DNA from: Alphaproteobacteria bacterium
GTDB lineage: Bacteria > Pseudomonadota > Alphaproteobacteria > RF32 > CAG-239
DNA: 64,000 bases
Assembly (NCBI GenBank): GCA_044432975.1
Contig: JAWXUC010000002.1
Location: 24,573 to 88,572, forward strand
Direction of reading: 5' to 3'
Notes under the pieces: model-generated
Database searches by the model: none
Seen by the model: the letters and a program-made list of their open reading frames with translations, nothing else
Told to the model about the DNA's origin: nothing
In this document: positions 1 through 9,088 of the stretch, piece by piece
Layout: every line of letters begins with the position of its first letter
Numbering within the stretch: the stretch's first letter is position 1
Position numbers and translations under genes: made by a program

Positions 1-87
1 GAATTAACACGCCCTCATAATGTTTGCCCAGCTTGTGGCACTTATGATAAAAAAGAAGTATTAGTTAAAAAAACTGATGCAGAGTAA
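1..87 (+). CDS. rpmF: 50S ribosomal protein L32, C-terminal fragment; gene begins before the window
   Basis: Frame 1 translates ELTRPHNVCPACGTYDKKEVLVKKTDAE*, a CxxC zinc-ribbon L32 tail. Sits immediately upstream of plsX-fabH, the conserved rpmF-plsX-fabH order. Confidence 0.55.
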   Translation, partial: ELTRPHNVCPACGTYDKKEVLVKKTDAE

Positions 88-94
88 ATAAATA

Positions 95-1144
95 ATGACA
101 AGAGATGTCATAATTTCTATAGACGCTATGGGGGGAGATAACTCCCCTCGCGTTGTTATAGAAGGCCTTGTACTTGCGGTTAAAAAGTGCCCCAATGCAA
201 AGTTTATGCTTTTCGGTGATGAAAGTAAGATTTTTCATCTAATTGATTCCAATCCAATATTAAAAGATAAAGTAGAAGTTATCCATTCACTTGAAACAGT
301 TTCAAATGAGGATAAACCATCGCATGTGATTCGCAACAAAAACACTTCAATGTTTATGGCAATAGAAGCTGTAAAAAAAGGAGAAGCTAGTGTTGTTGTG
401 TCTGCGGGAAATACTGGTGCTTTAATGGCTATATCAAAAATGCTATTAAAAACATTGCCAAAAATTTCCCGCCCTGCAATTTGCACCATAATGCCTCATC
501 AGTTTGGCAAATATGTTATGCTAGATTTGGGCGCAAATACAGAATGTAATGCGTTAAACTTATCTCAATTTGCCTTAATGGGTGAAATATTTGCAAAAAC
601 AACTTTAGGAATAGAAAAACCAAAAGTTGCTTTGTTAAATATTGGCGCAGAAGAGATGAAAGGCAAACCTGAAATTAAGCAAGCATCTCAAATCATTAAA
701 AATTCAAACCTTTCTATGAATTTTATTGGTTATATAGAACCTCATGAAATTCCAACAGGAAAAGCAGACGTTATTGTTGCTGATGGTTTTACAGGTAATA
801 TTGCCTTAAAATCAATAGAAGGCACAGCAAAACTTGTAATGAAATTATTGAAACAATTTATAGGTGGTTCAATTTTAGCAAAAATAGGTCTTCCATTCTT
901 AATGCCTGCATTGTTAAAAATGAAAAACACTATGGACCCAAGATTATATAATGGCGCAATGTTTGTTGGCTTAAATGGCTTATCTGTAAAAAGTCATGGT
1001 GGCACAGATGCTTTAGGTTTTTCTATTGCTGTAGAAAACGCTTATAAATTAGCAAGACAAAACTTTGTTCCTAAATTAAGCGCAGAAATAGAAAAAATTG
1101 ATTTAGAAGACTTAACACAAGAGATGATTTATGACATATATTAA
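95..1144 (+). CDS. plsX: phosphate acyltransferase PlsX
   Basis: 349-aa ORF. N-terminus IISIDAMGGDNSPRVV and the VSAGNTGALMA motif are typical of PlsX. Overlaps fabH by 14 nt. Confidence 0.85.
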   Translation: MTRDVIISIDAMGGDNSPRVVIEGLVLAVKKCPNAKFMLFGDESKIFHLIDSNPILKDKVEVIHSLETVSNEDKPSHVIRNKNTSMFMAIEAVKKGEASVVVSAGNTGALMAISKMLLKTLPKISRPAICTIMPHQFGKYVMLDLGANTECNALNLSQFALMGEIFAKTTLGIEKPKVALLNIGAEEMKGKPEIKQASQIIKNSNLSMNFIGYIEPHEIPTGKADVIVADGFTGNIALKSIEGTAKLVMKLLKQFIGGSILAKIGLPFLMPALLKMKNTMDPRLYNGAMFVGLNGLSVKSHGGTDALGFSIAVENAYKLARQNFVPKLSAEIEKIDLEDLTQEMIYDIY

Positions 1145-2099
1145 AAATGCAAAAGTAACAGGCTGCGGCCATTATTTACCAAAAAAAGTTTTAACAAACG
1201 TTGATTTAGAAAAAATTGTTGATACATCAGATGAATGGATAACAACAAGAACAGGTATTAAACAAAGACAAGTTGTTGAAGATGAATTAACATCAGACTT
1301 AGCATATAATGCTGCTAAAATGGCATTAGAAAATGCTGGCGTTGGTGTTTCTGAAATAGATTTAGTAATTGTTGGTACAATTACAACAGATAATTCAACT
1401 CCTTCTACAGCTTGCTATGTTGGTAAAAAATTAGGTGTAAAAGCAGGAATCCCTTGCTTTGATTTATCAGCAGCTTGCTCAGGTTTTATGTATTCTTTAC
1501 AAATGGCATCAAATATGATTAAACTAGGCCAAGCAACAAAAGCTGTTGTTATAGGCGCTGAAAGTCTGTCAAAAATCACCGATTGGACAGATAGAAATAC
1601 ATGTGTTTTATTTGGCGATGGCGCAGGAGCTGTTGTTTTAGAAGCAACAGATGACTTAAACGAAGGTGTTTTATTCTCAAAAATATACGCAGATCCAAGT
1701 CATACAGAATCGCTATTAACAAAAGGCGGTGTTTCATCTACTCAAAATGCTGGTATCTTATATATGGATGGTCAAGAAGTATTTAAAAGTGCCGTAACAT
1801 GTTTAGTTCAAGGCGCAGAAGATGCCCTTAAAGGTGCAGGATATACAATAAATGATGTAGATTGGTTGATTTCTCATCAAGCAAACTCAAGAATCATTGA
1901 TATGGTTGGCAAAAAATTAGGTATAGAATCAGAAAAAGTAATCATGACATTAGATCATCATGGCAATACATCTGCAGCATCAATTCCTCTAGCTTTATCA
2001 GAAAGTGTTGCCGCAGGAAAAATCAAAAAAGGTGATTTAGTTCTATTAACATCAATGGGCGCAGGCTTCACTTGGGGCGGCGCATTAGTTAGAATATAA
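1131..2099 (+). CDS. fabH: 3-oxoacyl-ACP synthase III (FabH)
   Basis: 322 aa. Active-site context LSAACSGF (Cys), HQAN (His) and GNTSAAS (Asn), with the C-terminal GAGFTWG motif. Confidence 0.85.
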   Translation: MTYIKNAKVTGCGHYLPKKVLTNVDLEKIVDTSDEWITTRTGIKQRQVVEDELTSDLAYNAAKMALENAGVGVSEIDLVIVGTITTDNSTPSTACYVGKKLGVKAGIPCFDLSAACSGFMYSLQMASNMIKLGQATKAVVIGAESLSKITDWTDRNTCVLFGDGAGAVVLEATDDLNEGVLFSKIYADPSHTESLLTKGGVSSTQNAGILYMDGQEVFKSAVTCLVQGAEDALKGAGYTINDVDWLISHQANSRIIDMVGKKLGIESEKVIMTLDHHGNTSAASIPLALSESVAAGKIKKGDLVLLTSMGAGFTWGGALVRI

Positions 2100-2121
2100 T
2101 ATCTTAGCTAAAAATATAAAT

Positions 2122-2151
2122 AAAAGGCAGAATTAATTTTCTGCCTTTTTT
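2122..2151 (+). terminator. rho-independent terminator after fabH
   Basis: Hairpin aaggcagaa/ttctgcctt followed by a T-tract. Confidence 0.6.
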
Positions 2152-2163
2152 ATGTAAAAAAGA

Positions 2164-2192
2164 TTGACAAAAAACAATCCTTCTGCTAAATA
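2164..2192 (+). promoter_or_regulatory. sigma70-like promoter candidate for the ClpA-like gene
   Basis: TTGACA, 17-nt spacer, TAAATA. A GGAG RBS lies 7 nt before the ATG at 2215. Confidence 0.35.
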
Positions 2193-2214
2193 GACAAAAT
2201 AACGGAGATTTAGT

Positions 2215-4428
2215 ATGGCAATAAAAGAGAATATTTATAACGTAATAAAAAAATATGCCGATTTTATAATAGAAAATTCATCATCAGCAGAAATGACTGA
2301 TGAAAACTTTTTTCAGTTTTTGTCAACTCAAAAAAAAGCATTAAATTACCTTAATAAAAAAGGTGTTGATATTGAAGCTTTTCAAAAATATTGCCAAAAA
2401 GGTATTGCAAAATCAAGAAAATACAATCAAGAAATTTGGGCTGATGAAATATCTTTTAATGATACTTCTGACATGTCTGGTTTTTTAGGATCTGTTTTAA
2501 GCAAATCTGGTTATCAAGCAGGATATAACGAATTTATAGATGAAATGGTTGTTGCAATAAATGCCTCTGCAGTAGGCAACAATAATTCAGGATTATTTGA
2601 TTTTGCAGATAAAGAAGAGTTAGATAAAATTATTGAAATGGGTTTTGATATATCTAAATTTTCCTTAGATAAAGCACAAGATACTGTAGATTATGCAAAC
2701 TATGAATATCAAGAAAGAGGTTATGAACTACTTATTACTATCCCTGATTTATATAATAAGATAAAAGATTATGACGTTCATGCAAAAAAACAAGAAAACC
2801 AACCAATAATCGTTGGCTTTGAAGAAGAGCTAGAAAAAGTTTACAAGTTGTTTAATAAATTAGATAGTGCATTAATAAATGTTTCAGGAGATTTTGGTGT
2901 TGGCAAAAGTTCTTTTGTAAAAAAAATAAAAAACAACCTAAAAAAACAAAAAAAATCATGCTTATTTTCTGAAGCAAATATTAGTATTCCTGAGTTTGAC
3001 GCTTTTCTAGCAGAGGTGAAAAATAATGATAGGGTTGCTATCATTGATGATTTTGATGAGTTACCTGTTCAGCATAAAGCAATTTTTTATCAATATGTAA
3101 ATGAAATAAAATCAGTAGTTGTAACAGATAAAAAACTTATTGGATCAGATGTTTTTATAGATATGAAAACTCCTTCAACAGAAGAAACCTTAAAAATACT
3201 CTCAACAAACAAAACAAGATATGAAAATCATCATAAATTAACCATAGATGATGATGTATTAAAAGATTGTATAGAGCTTTCAAATAAACACTTAAAAAAT
3301 TTAAATCAACCATTAGGTGCTTTTACTCTTTTAGACACTTCCTGCGCATTTGTCAAAGATGAAGAATATTTAAATACTTCTCATCTTCAAACAGCCTTAA
3401 ACACAGTTTACGAAATACCTAATCAAACCATTTTTGATACATACTCACAAAAGATAATGCATTTACCAGATATTTTATCAGAAGAAATTTTAGGACAAAC
3501 AGATGCGTTTAATACTATAAGAAAACATTTAACACAGCAAATTATTTTCCCAAGATCTGGCAAACCCAAAGCAAGTTTTATCTTTGCAGGTTCTTCAGGT
3601 GTCGGAAAAACACAAACTGCAAAAAACTTGGCAAAAACTTTGGGTTTAAAATATCTTCAATATGACATGGGTGAATATTCTCAAGAAATGGATGTAAACA
3701 AATTTTTAGGCTCTGCCGCAGGCTATGTTGGTTATGATGAAGGCGGAAAATTAGTTAATGATGTTTCAGCAAACCCAAACAGCTTAATTGTATTTGATGA
3801 GATAGAAAAAGCAAACCCCAAAGTAGTACGAGGTTTATTGTCAGCATTAGAAGAAGCAAGATTGCAATCAGGAAACGGAAAAACAGCATCTTTTGAAGAT
3901 ACAATAATCATCTTAACCACCAATTCAGGTTTTAGTTCTCAAGAAATCAGAAAACCTGTTGGATATGGCACAAATTCACAAGCCACACAAAAAATATCAT
4001 CAGTTCAAATCTCAGATAAATTAAGCAAAGATTTTCCATCTGAGTTTTTATCAAGAGTTAATGCTAAAATAGCATTCCAACCTTTGAGCACAGATGTTTC
4101 AAAAGAAATTATAAAACTAAATCTTAATAAATATAAAAAGATAGCAAAAAAGAACCAAGATATAGATTTAGATTTTACTCCACAAGTTACAGATGTTGTG
4201 TTAAGAGAGGCATTTTCTCAACAACAAGGTGCTAGAAATATAGAAAACTACATTAGAGAACACATTTTATCTGATTATTCAACAAAGTTTTTAAATAAAG
4301 AACTTAAAAGCGGCGATAAAGTAGTAGTTACTTATAATAGTCAATCAAAAGAATTTGTTAGTAGAAAAGCACCAAAACAAGATGGTTTAGTAGTGGTTGC
4401 TCAAAGAAAAGTAGTTACTCAACGTTAA
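2215..4428 (+). CDS. divergent ClpA-like two-domain AAA+ ATPase with a non-canonical N-terminal domain of about 210 aa
   Basis: The D2 region (FIFAGSSGVGKTQTAKNLAKTLG ... LIVFDEIEKANPKVVRGLLSALEE ... IIILTTNSG) aligns closely with the ClpA/ClpB D2 domain. The D1 region keeps Walker A (GDFGVGKSS) and the ClpA D1 C-terminal block (TPSTEETLKILSTNKTRYENHHKLTIDDDVLKDCIELSNKHL). There is no ClpB middle domain. The N-domain is unlike the ClpA/ClpS-binding N-domain. Confidence 0.6.
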   Translation: MAIKENIYNVIKKYADFIIENSSSAEMTDENFFQFLSTQKKALNYLNKKGVDIEAFQKYCQKGIAKSRKYNQEIWADEISFNDTSDMSGFLGSVLSKSGYQAGYNEFIDEMVVAINASAVGNNNSGLFDFADKEELDKIIEMGFDISKFSLDKAQDTVDYANYEYQERGYELLITIPDLYNKIKDYDVHAKKQENQPIIVGFEEELEKVYKLFNKLDSALINVSGDFGVGKSSFVKKIKNNLKKQKKSCLFSEANISIPEFDAFLAEVKNNDRVAIIDDFDELPVQHKAIFYQYVNEIKSVVVTDKKLIGSDVFIDMKTPSTEETLKILSTNKTRYENHHKLTIDDDVLKDCIELSNKHLKNLNQPLGAFTLLDTSCAFVKDEEYLNTSHLQTALNTVYEIPNQTIFDTYSQKIMHLPDILSEEILGQTDAFNTIRKHLTQQIIFPRSGKPKASFIFAGSSGVGKTQTAKNLAKTLGLKYLQYDMGEYSQEMDVNKFLGSAAGYVGYDEGGKLVNDVSANPNSLIVFDEIEKANPKVVRGLLSALEEARLQSGNGKTASFEDTIIILTTNSGFSSQEIRKPVGYGTNSQATQKISSVQISDKLSKDFPSEFLSRVNAKIAFQPLSTDVSKEIIKLNLNKYKKIAKKNQDIDLDFTPQVTDVVLREAFSQQQGARNIENYIREHILSDYSTKFLNKELKSGDKVVVTYNSQSKEFVSRKAPKQDGLVVVAQRKVVTQR

Positions 4429-4984
4429 TAGATTTTAATTTTTGTTTTTGATAATTATTCATAGACTTATAAACTAAAACAGCGCTTTTCTTAGCATTTT
4501 CAACCCCTAAATTATATGCTTTTTTATACAACATAAAAGATTCTATTAAATCTTGCTCAACTCCGATTCCTTTTGCATTCATAAAAGCCAAAAGTTCTGT
4601 TGCTTGAGGGTCTTTTCTTTTAATCCTGTTATTTATAATCTCAATTTCAAAAGGGGTAACTTTATCTTGCTGAATTGCTAAAATAACCGCTTGCCATTTT
4701 AATTCTTCAGCTTTTTGTTGCGCAGTTCTTTTTGCTATTTTATTTTCAAAAAATATAACATTTTCATTATTTTCAGATTCTTCTGGAGTTATATTTTCAA
4801 CATTTTCAATATCTTTCAAAAAGTTGGGAGCTTCTCTGTTTTTTACAAACAAAGGAAGATAGTCTTCATTATCAGCTTTTACAATTTCACGATAAATTTC
4901 ATCAAGATTAGTGGTTTCACCAAAACAAATATTTGGTAAAAAAGCAAAAAAAGATAAAATAAATATTAAATTTTGAATTTTCAT
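4415..4984 (-). CDS. secreted Sel1-like repeat (SLR/TPR-like) protein
   Basis: N-terminal signal peptide MKIQNLIFILSFFAFLPNICFG. Sel1-type repeats (…AELLAFMNAKGIGVEQDLIESFMLYKKAYNLGVENAKKSAVLVY). Confidence 0.5.
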   Translation of the reverse strand: MKIQNLIFILSFFAFLPNICFGETTNLDEIYREIVKADNEDYLPLFVKNREAPNFLKDIENVENITPEESENNENVIFFENKIAKRTAQQKAEELKWQAVILAIQQDKVTPFEIEIINNRIKRKDPQATELLAFMNAKGIGVEQDLIESFMLYKKAYNLGVENAKKSAVLVYKSMNNYQKQKLKSINVE

Positions 4985-5056
4985 ATTGTCATAATAAATA
5001 AATATTGTTAATAATAAAGCATTAAATTAATTTTATATACAAGTTGAGGATAAATA

Positions 5057-5941
5057 ATGATATATGAAAGCATAACAGAAATGGTTGGCAACACTCCAAT
5101 GTTAAGATTAAAAAAGATAGAAGAGTTATATAATACAAACGCCAAAATATATGCAAAACTAGAGTTTTACAATCCGTTGTTTTCAGTAAAAGATAGAGCT
5201 GCATTATTTATGATAGAAAATGCCAATCCAACCGCAGATACTGTTTTTGTAGAAGCAACCAGTGGCAATACAGGCGTTTCATTATCTTCTTTTTGCGCTG
5301 CTAAAGGATATAAATTGATTATAACCATGCCAGAATCAATGAGTGCAGAACGTATAAAGCTAATGCGCCATTTTGGAACAGAGGTAATTTTAACTCCAGC
5401 CTCAGAAGGTATGCAAGGCTCTGTTGATAAGGCTTTAGAAATTGTAGAAAGCAACCCTAACGCAGTATATATTAATCAATTTAACAATGAAGAAAATCCC
5501 AAAGCTCATATCTTTACTACTGCCGTAGAAATCTTAGACGATATGGATGGTAATATAGATGCTTTAGTTTTAGGTGTTGGTACCGCAGGAACTTTAAGCG
5601 GAATTTCTCAAACATTAAAATCTGTAAACAAAAATCTAAAGGTGGTAGGGGTTCTGCCAGAAAGTCAACCTCACAAAATTATGGGAATAGGCGCAAATTT
5701 CAAGCCTCCATTTTTTGAAGAAGATTTAATTGATGAACAGTTTTTATGTTCAGATGAAAAAGCTATAGAAATGGCAAAAGTAGCCGCAAAATTAGAGGGG
5801 CTTCCAATAGGCATTTCATCAGGCGCAGCATTAGCAGGAGTCGTTGAGCAAGCTCAAAGAGAAGATATGAAAGATAAAAACATTGTAACTTTATTTGCTT
5901 CTTCAGCAGAAAGATATTTATCTACAGGAGTTTTTGACTAA
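5057..5941 (+). CDS. cysK: cysteine synthase (PLP-dependent; CysK/CysM family)
   Basis: PLFSVKDRAAL (PLP lysine), the SGNTG loop, and the GxGTxGT glycine loop (GVGTAGTLSG). Confidence 0.75.
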   Translation: MIYESITEMVGNTPMLRLKKIEELYNTNAKIYAKLEFYNPLFSVKDRAALFMIENANPTADTVFVEATSGNTGVSLSSFCAAKGYKLIITMPESMSAERIKLMRHFGTEVILTPASEGMQGSVDKALEIVESNPNAVYINQFNNEENPKAHIFTTAVEILDDMDGNIDALVLGVGTAGTLSGISQTLKSVNKNLKVVGVLPESQPHKIMGIGANFKPPFFEEDLIDEQFLCSDEKAIEMAKVAAKLEGLPIGISSGAALAGVVEQAQREDMKDKNIVTLFASSAERYLSTGVFD

Positions 5942-7047
5942 TGGGTTATAACACAATATTAGGAAGATATCTGTCATTAAACTTTCTAAAGTCATTTATA
6001 ATGATTTTAGCAATAGTGGCAGGCATTGTATTTTTGTTTGATATGATAGAGATTGTAAGACGTTATGGAGATAACGAGCTTGCCGATGGTCTAACATTGT
6101 TAAAATTAGGATTATCTCGATTACCCCAAACATTTAATATGATATTTCCTTTTGTGATGTTAATCGCTGCCCAAGTTAGTTTTTATAAATTATCTAAAAC
6201 TAATGAATATGTGGTTATTAGAACAGCAGGCGCTGATTTATGGCAGTTCTTAAAACCTGTTTTATATACAACATTTATTATAGGGTTGTTCAATATAATG
6301 TTATTAAACCCTATGCTTTCAAAAATGTATGAACTCCACGAAATAATTTCTTATAGATTAGATGTAAAAAATCCCAATGCTTTTGTTTTTTCAGATAAAG
6401 GCTTATGGATAAAAGAAGGCGAAAACGGAAAATCTGTTATTTTAAATGCAAAAAATATCCGTCAAGAAACCGAGAATGAGCTTCTTTTGCGCAATGTCTT
6501 AATATTAGAATTAAAAGACAATAAAACCTTATCAAAAAGAATAGAAGCCTTTGCAGGTGTTCTTTCAGAAGGATTTATAGACCTTAAAGATGTAAAAATT
6601 TATAAAACAGGACAACCAATACAAAAACTAGGTAATTTAGAATATAAAACAACCTTAGATATAACCAGAGTAAAAGAAAGCTTTATAGATCCAGATGCAA
6701 TTTCTTTTTGGCAATTACCACCAATGATATCTTTTTATCAAAAAGCAGGGTTTTCGGCTTCAACTTATTTAATTAAATTTTTATCATTATTAGCACTACC
6801 GTTTTTATTGTGTTCTTTAGTGTTGTTAGCTGCGATATTTTCATTACAAACAACCCATAGAAAAGGTACAGTGATGTATTTGGTTGTATCAGGTTTATCT
6901 ACAGGCTTTTTAATTTATTTCTTATCTCAGTTAATATATGCCTTTGGTGCAAGTAACATATTTCCACCTGCATTAGCTGCATTTTCACCTGCAGTAATAG
7001 TTGGTTTAATTTCAACAACTGTTTTATTGCAAATGGAGGAAAAATGA
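5941..7047 (+). CDS. LPS export ABC permease of the LptF/LptG (YjgP/YjgQ) family
   Basis: 368 aa, N-terminal ILGRYL motif, six predicted TM segments with a periplasmic insert. LptF versus LptG cannot be decided from sequence alone. Confidence 0.7.
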   Translation: MGYNTILGRYLSLNFLKSFIMILAIVAGIVFLFDMIEIVRRYGDNELADGLTLLKLGLSRLPQTFNMIFPFVMLIAAQVSFYKLSKTNEYVVIRTAGADLWQFLKPVLYTTFIIGLFNIMLLNPMLSKMYELHEIISYRLDVKNPNAFVFSDKGLWIKEGENGKSVILNAKNIRQETENELLLRNVLILELKDNKTLSKRIEAFAGVLSEGFIDLKDVKIYKTGQPIQKLGNLEYKTTLDITRVKESFIDPDAISFWQLPPMISFYQKAGFSASTYLIKFLSLLALPFLLCSLVLLAAIFSLQTTHRKGTVMYLVVSGLSTGFLIYFLSQLIYAFGASNIFPPALAAFSPAVIVGLISTTVLLQMEEK

Positions 7048-7505
7048 GAATAGCCTTTTTTCAACCAGACATAGCTCAAAACGCAGGAACAATTATAAGA
7101 TTAGGAGCTTGCGTAAATATAGGTGTTGATATCATAGAACCTTGTGGTTTTATGTTTAATGAAAAAGCCTTAAAAAGAGCAGGGATGGACTATATAGAAC
7201 AGTGCGATTATAAAAAACACATCTCATGGGATGCTTTTTTAGAGCATAAAGAAGCAAACCCAGAAGAATATGGCAGAATTATTTTATTAACCACAAAAGC
7301 CAGCGTAAACTATACCAAATTTGAATTTAAAGAAAATGACGTATTGTTATTAGGCCGAGAATCAAAAGGCGTACCACAAGAAGTTCATGATATTGTAGAC
7401 GGTAGAGTAATTATTCCAATGACAGAACACGCCAGATCATTAAACGTTGCCATAAGCGGCGCCATGGTCCTAAGCGAAGCCCTAAGACAAATAAACCAAA
7501 TATAA
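7044..7505 (+). CDS. trmL: tRNA (cytidine/uridine-2'-O)-methyltransferase TrmL (SpoU family)
   Basis: 153 aa, collinear with E. coli TrmL (…NAGTIIRLGAC… IEPCGF… LLLGRESKGVPQEV… RSLNVAISGAMVL). ATGA overlap with the upstream gene. Confidence 0.75.
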   Translation: MRIAFFQPDIAQNAGTIIRLGACVNIGVDIIEPCGFMFNEKALKRAGMDYIEQCDYKKHISWDAFLEHKEANPEEYGRIILLTTKASVNYTKFEFKENDVLLLGRESKGVPQEVHDIVDGRVIIPMTEHARSLNVAISGAMVLSEALRQINQI

Positions 7506-7509
7506 CCCC

Positions 7510-7577
7510 GTAGGGGACGGGTCTGCCGTCTCTAAAAAAAATATCAACACCTGTAGGGGACGCATTGCATGCGTCCC
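7510..7577. repeat. two GTAGGGGACG-headed REP-like hairpins
   Basis: gtaggggacgggtctgccgtctc at 7510-7532 and the perfect palindrome gtaggggacgcattgcatgcgtccc at 7553-7577. The same head motif recurs at 8043, 15288, 30588 and 45290. Confidence 0.7.
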
Positions 7578-7591
7578 TCAGCATCAAGGCA

Positions 7592-7620
7592 TAAAAAAAA
7601 AGCCACCTAAAAAGGTAGCA
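7592..7620 (-). terminator. rho-independent terminator (minus strand) after small paralog A
   Basis: On the minus strand, GCUACC/GGUGGC stem (one G-U pair) followed by a U9 tract. Confidence 0.5.
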
Positions 7621-7629
7621 AAACAGAAA

Positions 7630-7950
7630 TTACTCTTTTAAAAACAATCCTAACCTGTGCAAAGCATAACCAATGTCATGAACATAAAATATTGCATGAG
7701 GCACATATTGAACCATGTTAGAAAATGCAGGATTACACATTCCCTTTTGAGCAATGAAAATTGAAGACAAAGCCCATGGCGCACCGCTGGTATTATTGTC
7801 TATAACAACAATCTTATCCCAAAAAACCGTGTCATTAACATTCAAAATTCCAGAGATGTTCATTAAAAAATTAGGGTTAAATGCTTCTTGATATCCATCG
7901 AGCAAATTGTTTTCTTCTAAAAAGTTTTTCACTTCATAAAGTTTCTTCAT
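7630..7950 (-). CDS. small hypothetical protein, paralog A of a tandem pair
   Basis: 106 aa. C-terminus YVHDIGYALHRLGLFLKE matches the neighbour's YVIDIGRAMHELGLFFFE. Has its own downstream hairpin. Confidence 0.5.
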   Translation of the reverse strand: MKKLYEVKNFLEENNLLDGYQEAFNPNFLMNISGILNVNDTVFWDKIVVIDNNTSGAPWALSSIFIAQKGMCNPAFSNMVQYVPHAIFYVHDIGYALHRLGLFLKE

Positions 7951-8042
7951 AATTGTTTGTATTTTATAAGATTAAAAATTTTGATTGAGCAAACTTAATA
8001 AAAGATATTTCTCAAAAGGTCAAGCATAAAATCACCCCCTCT

Positions 8043-8067
8043 GTAGGGGACGCATTGTATGCATCCC
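8043..8067. repeat. REP-like hairpin with GTAGGGGACG head
   Basis: gtaggggacgcattgtatgcatccc, a degenerate copy of the 7553 palindrome. Confidence 0.6.
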
Positions 8068-8129
8068 AAAAGATATCCTTGTATGGACGCCACTCTGGGT
8101 GTCCATAAAAAAACAAATTTATACAATAT

Positions 8130-8162
8130 AAAAAAGCCCCCACAGAAAAACTGTGAGGGGTA
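8130..8162 (-). terminator. rho-independent terminator (minus strand) after small paralog B
   Basis: cccccacag/ctgtgagggg stem, with A6 on the plus strand giving a U-tract on the minus strand. Confidence 0.5.
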
Positions 8163-8189
8163 AAAAGTTAATAATTACTAGGAAAACAA

Positions 8190-8519
8190 TTATTCAAAAA
8201 AGAATAACCCTAGTTCATGCATTGCACGTCCAATATCTATTACATAAATAACAACAGACGGAACACCCTTTAGTGCTTTGTGATACTCCTCTGATATTGT
8301 CCACTCCTGAACTAAAAAAACAACCGCAGTTGTTCTTTCAAAAACGCTGTCCGCATAAATAGGAACTATTTTGTCGTTATGCGGATGATTATCATCACGA
8401 GCAAAATCAACAATGTTTTTATCTCTAGGAATTTCTGACATTACGTTTATTTCGCAAGCAGCAAAAAGTTTTTTTTCTTTTAGACGATCAATGCAAGGCA
8501 TTAGATTTTTCATAAGCAT
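8190..8519 (-). CDS. small hypothetical protein, paralog B of a tandem pair
   Basis: 109 aa with a C-terminal block shared with 7630-7950. Confidence 0.5.
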   Translation of the reverse strand: MLMKNLMPCIDRLKEKKLFAACEINVMSEIPRDKNIVDFARDDNHPHNDKIVPIYADSVFERTTAVVFLVQEWTISEEYHKALKGVPSVVIYVIDIGRAMHELGLFFFE

Positions 8520-8613
8520 TTATTTTTATAAGGTTAATTATTTGATTTGCTTACTAATATACACTTTTTGTAAATTTTGTCAATAAAAAAATAAAAAAAA
8601 TTAAAAAAAAGAC

Positions 8614-8641
8614 TTGCCAAACAAATTTTTTATTATATAAA
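8614..8641 (+). promoter_or_regulatory. promoter candidate for tRNA-Gln
   Basis: TTGCCA, 16-nt spacer, TATAAA, ending 12 nt before the mature tRNA 5' end. Confidence 0.45.
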
Positions 8642-8653
8642 TGTCTCTGTGAT

Positions 8654-8728
8654 TGGGCTGTCGCCAAGTGGTAAGGCACCGGTTTTTGGTATCGGCATTC
8701 GTTGGTTCGAATCCAGCCAGCCCAGCCA
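8654..8728 (+). tRNA. tRNA-Gln (anticodon UUG)
   Basis: Hand-folded cloverleaf. Acceptor TGGGCTG/CAGCCCA with the U1:A72 pair typical of tRNA-Gln. D-stem GCC/GGC. Anticodon stem CCGGT/ATCGG with loop TTTTGGT, giving anticodon TTG. T-arm GTTGG-TTCGAAT-CCAGC, discriminator G, encoded CCA. Confidence 0.8.
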
Positions 8729-9088
8729 AAATAAAAAACGTTCCTTTTGGGAGCGTTTTTTTGTTATATAACAAACACTTATCCGGAGTTCGAAAATCGC
8801 TTTTCAAAAAAGCAATTTTTTTGATAATTTCCGAACCAATTTTTATTAAAACCTTGTTTTTGCTATATTTGCATTTTTGATGTTGGGAGTTTTTGTGGGT
8901 TCGAATCTAGCGAGGGTGTTTGATAAATTTTAAGATAAAAATTAACAGTTTACTTTTTAATTCTTCTATGCTATTAAAGAATCAATCAAAAAATTATGAA
9001 TATACTATTATGGAAAGAAAGTTAGCAAAATCTAACACCTGTAATAGTACAAAGAAAATGAATATTAATCTTTTAAAATTATTATATT

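Noticed and set aside
8601-8880. Track ORFs 8601-8807 (minus) and 8653-8880 (plus).
   Set aside because: They overlap the tRNA-Gln gene and its promoter and have no RBS. They are spurious.
8895-8915. Second tRNA gene (a TTCGAAT T-loop-like sequence, gtgggttcgaatctagcgag).
   Set aside because: No acceptor, D-arm or anticodon arm can be folded. At most it is a tRNA 3'-end remnant, and it is mentioned as such in the island finding.
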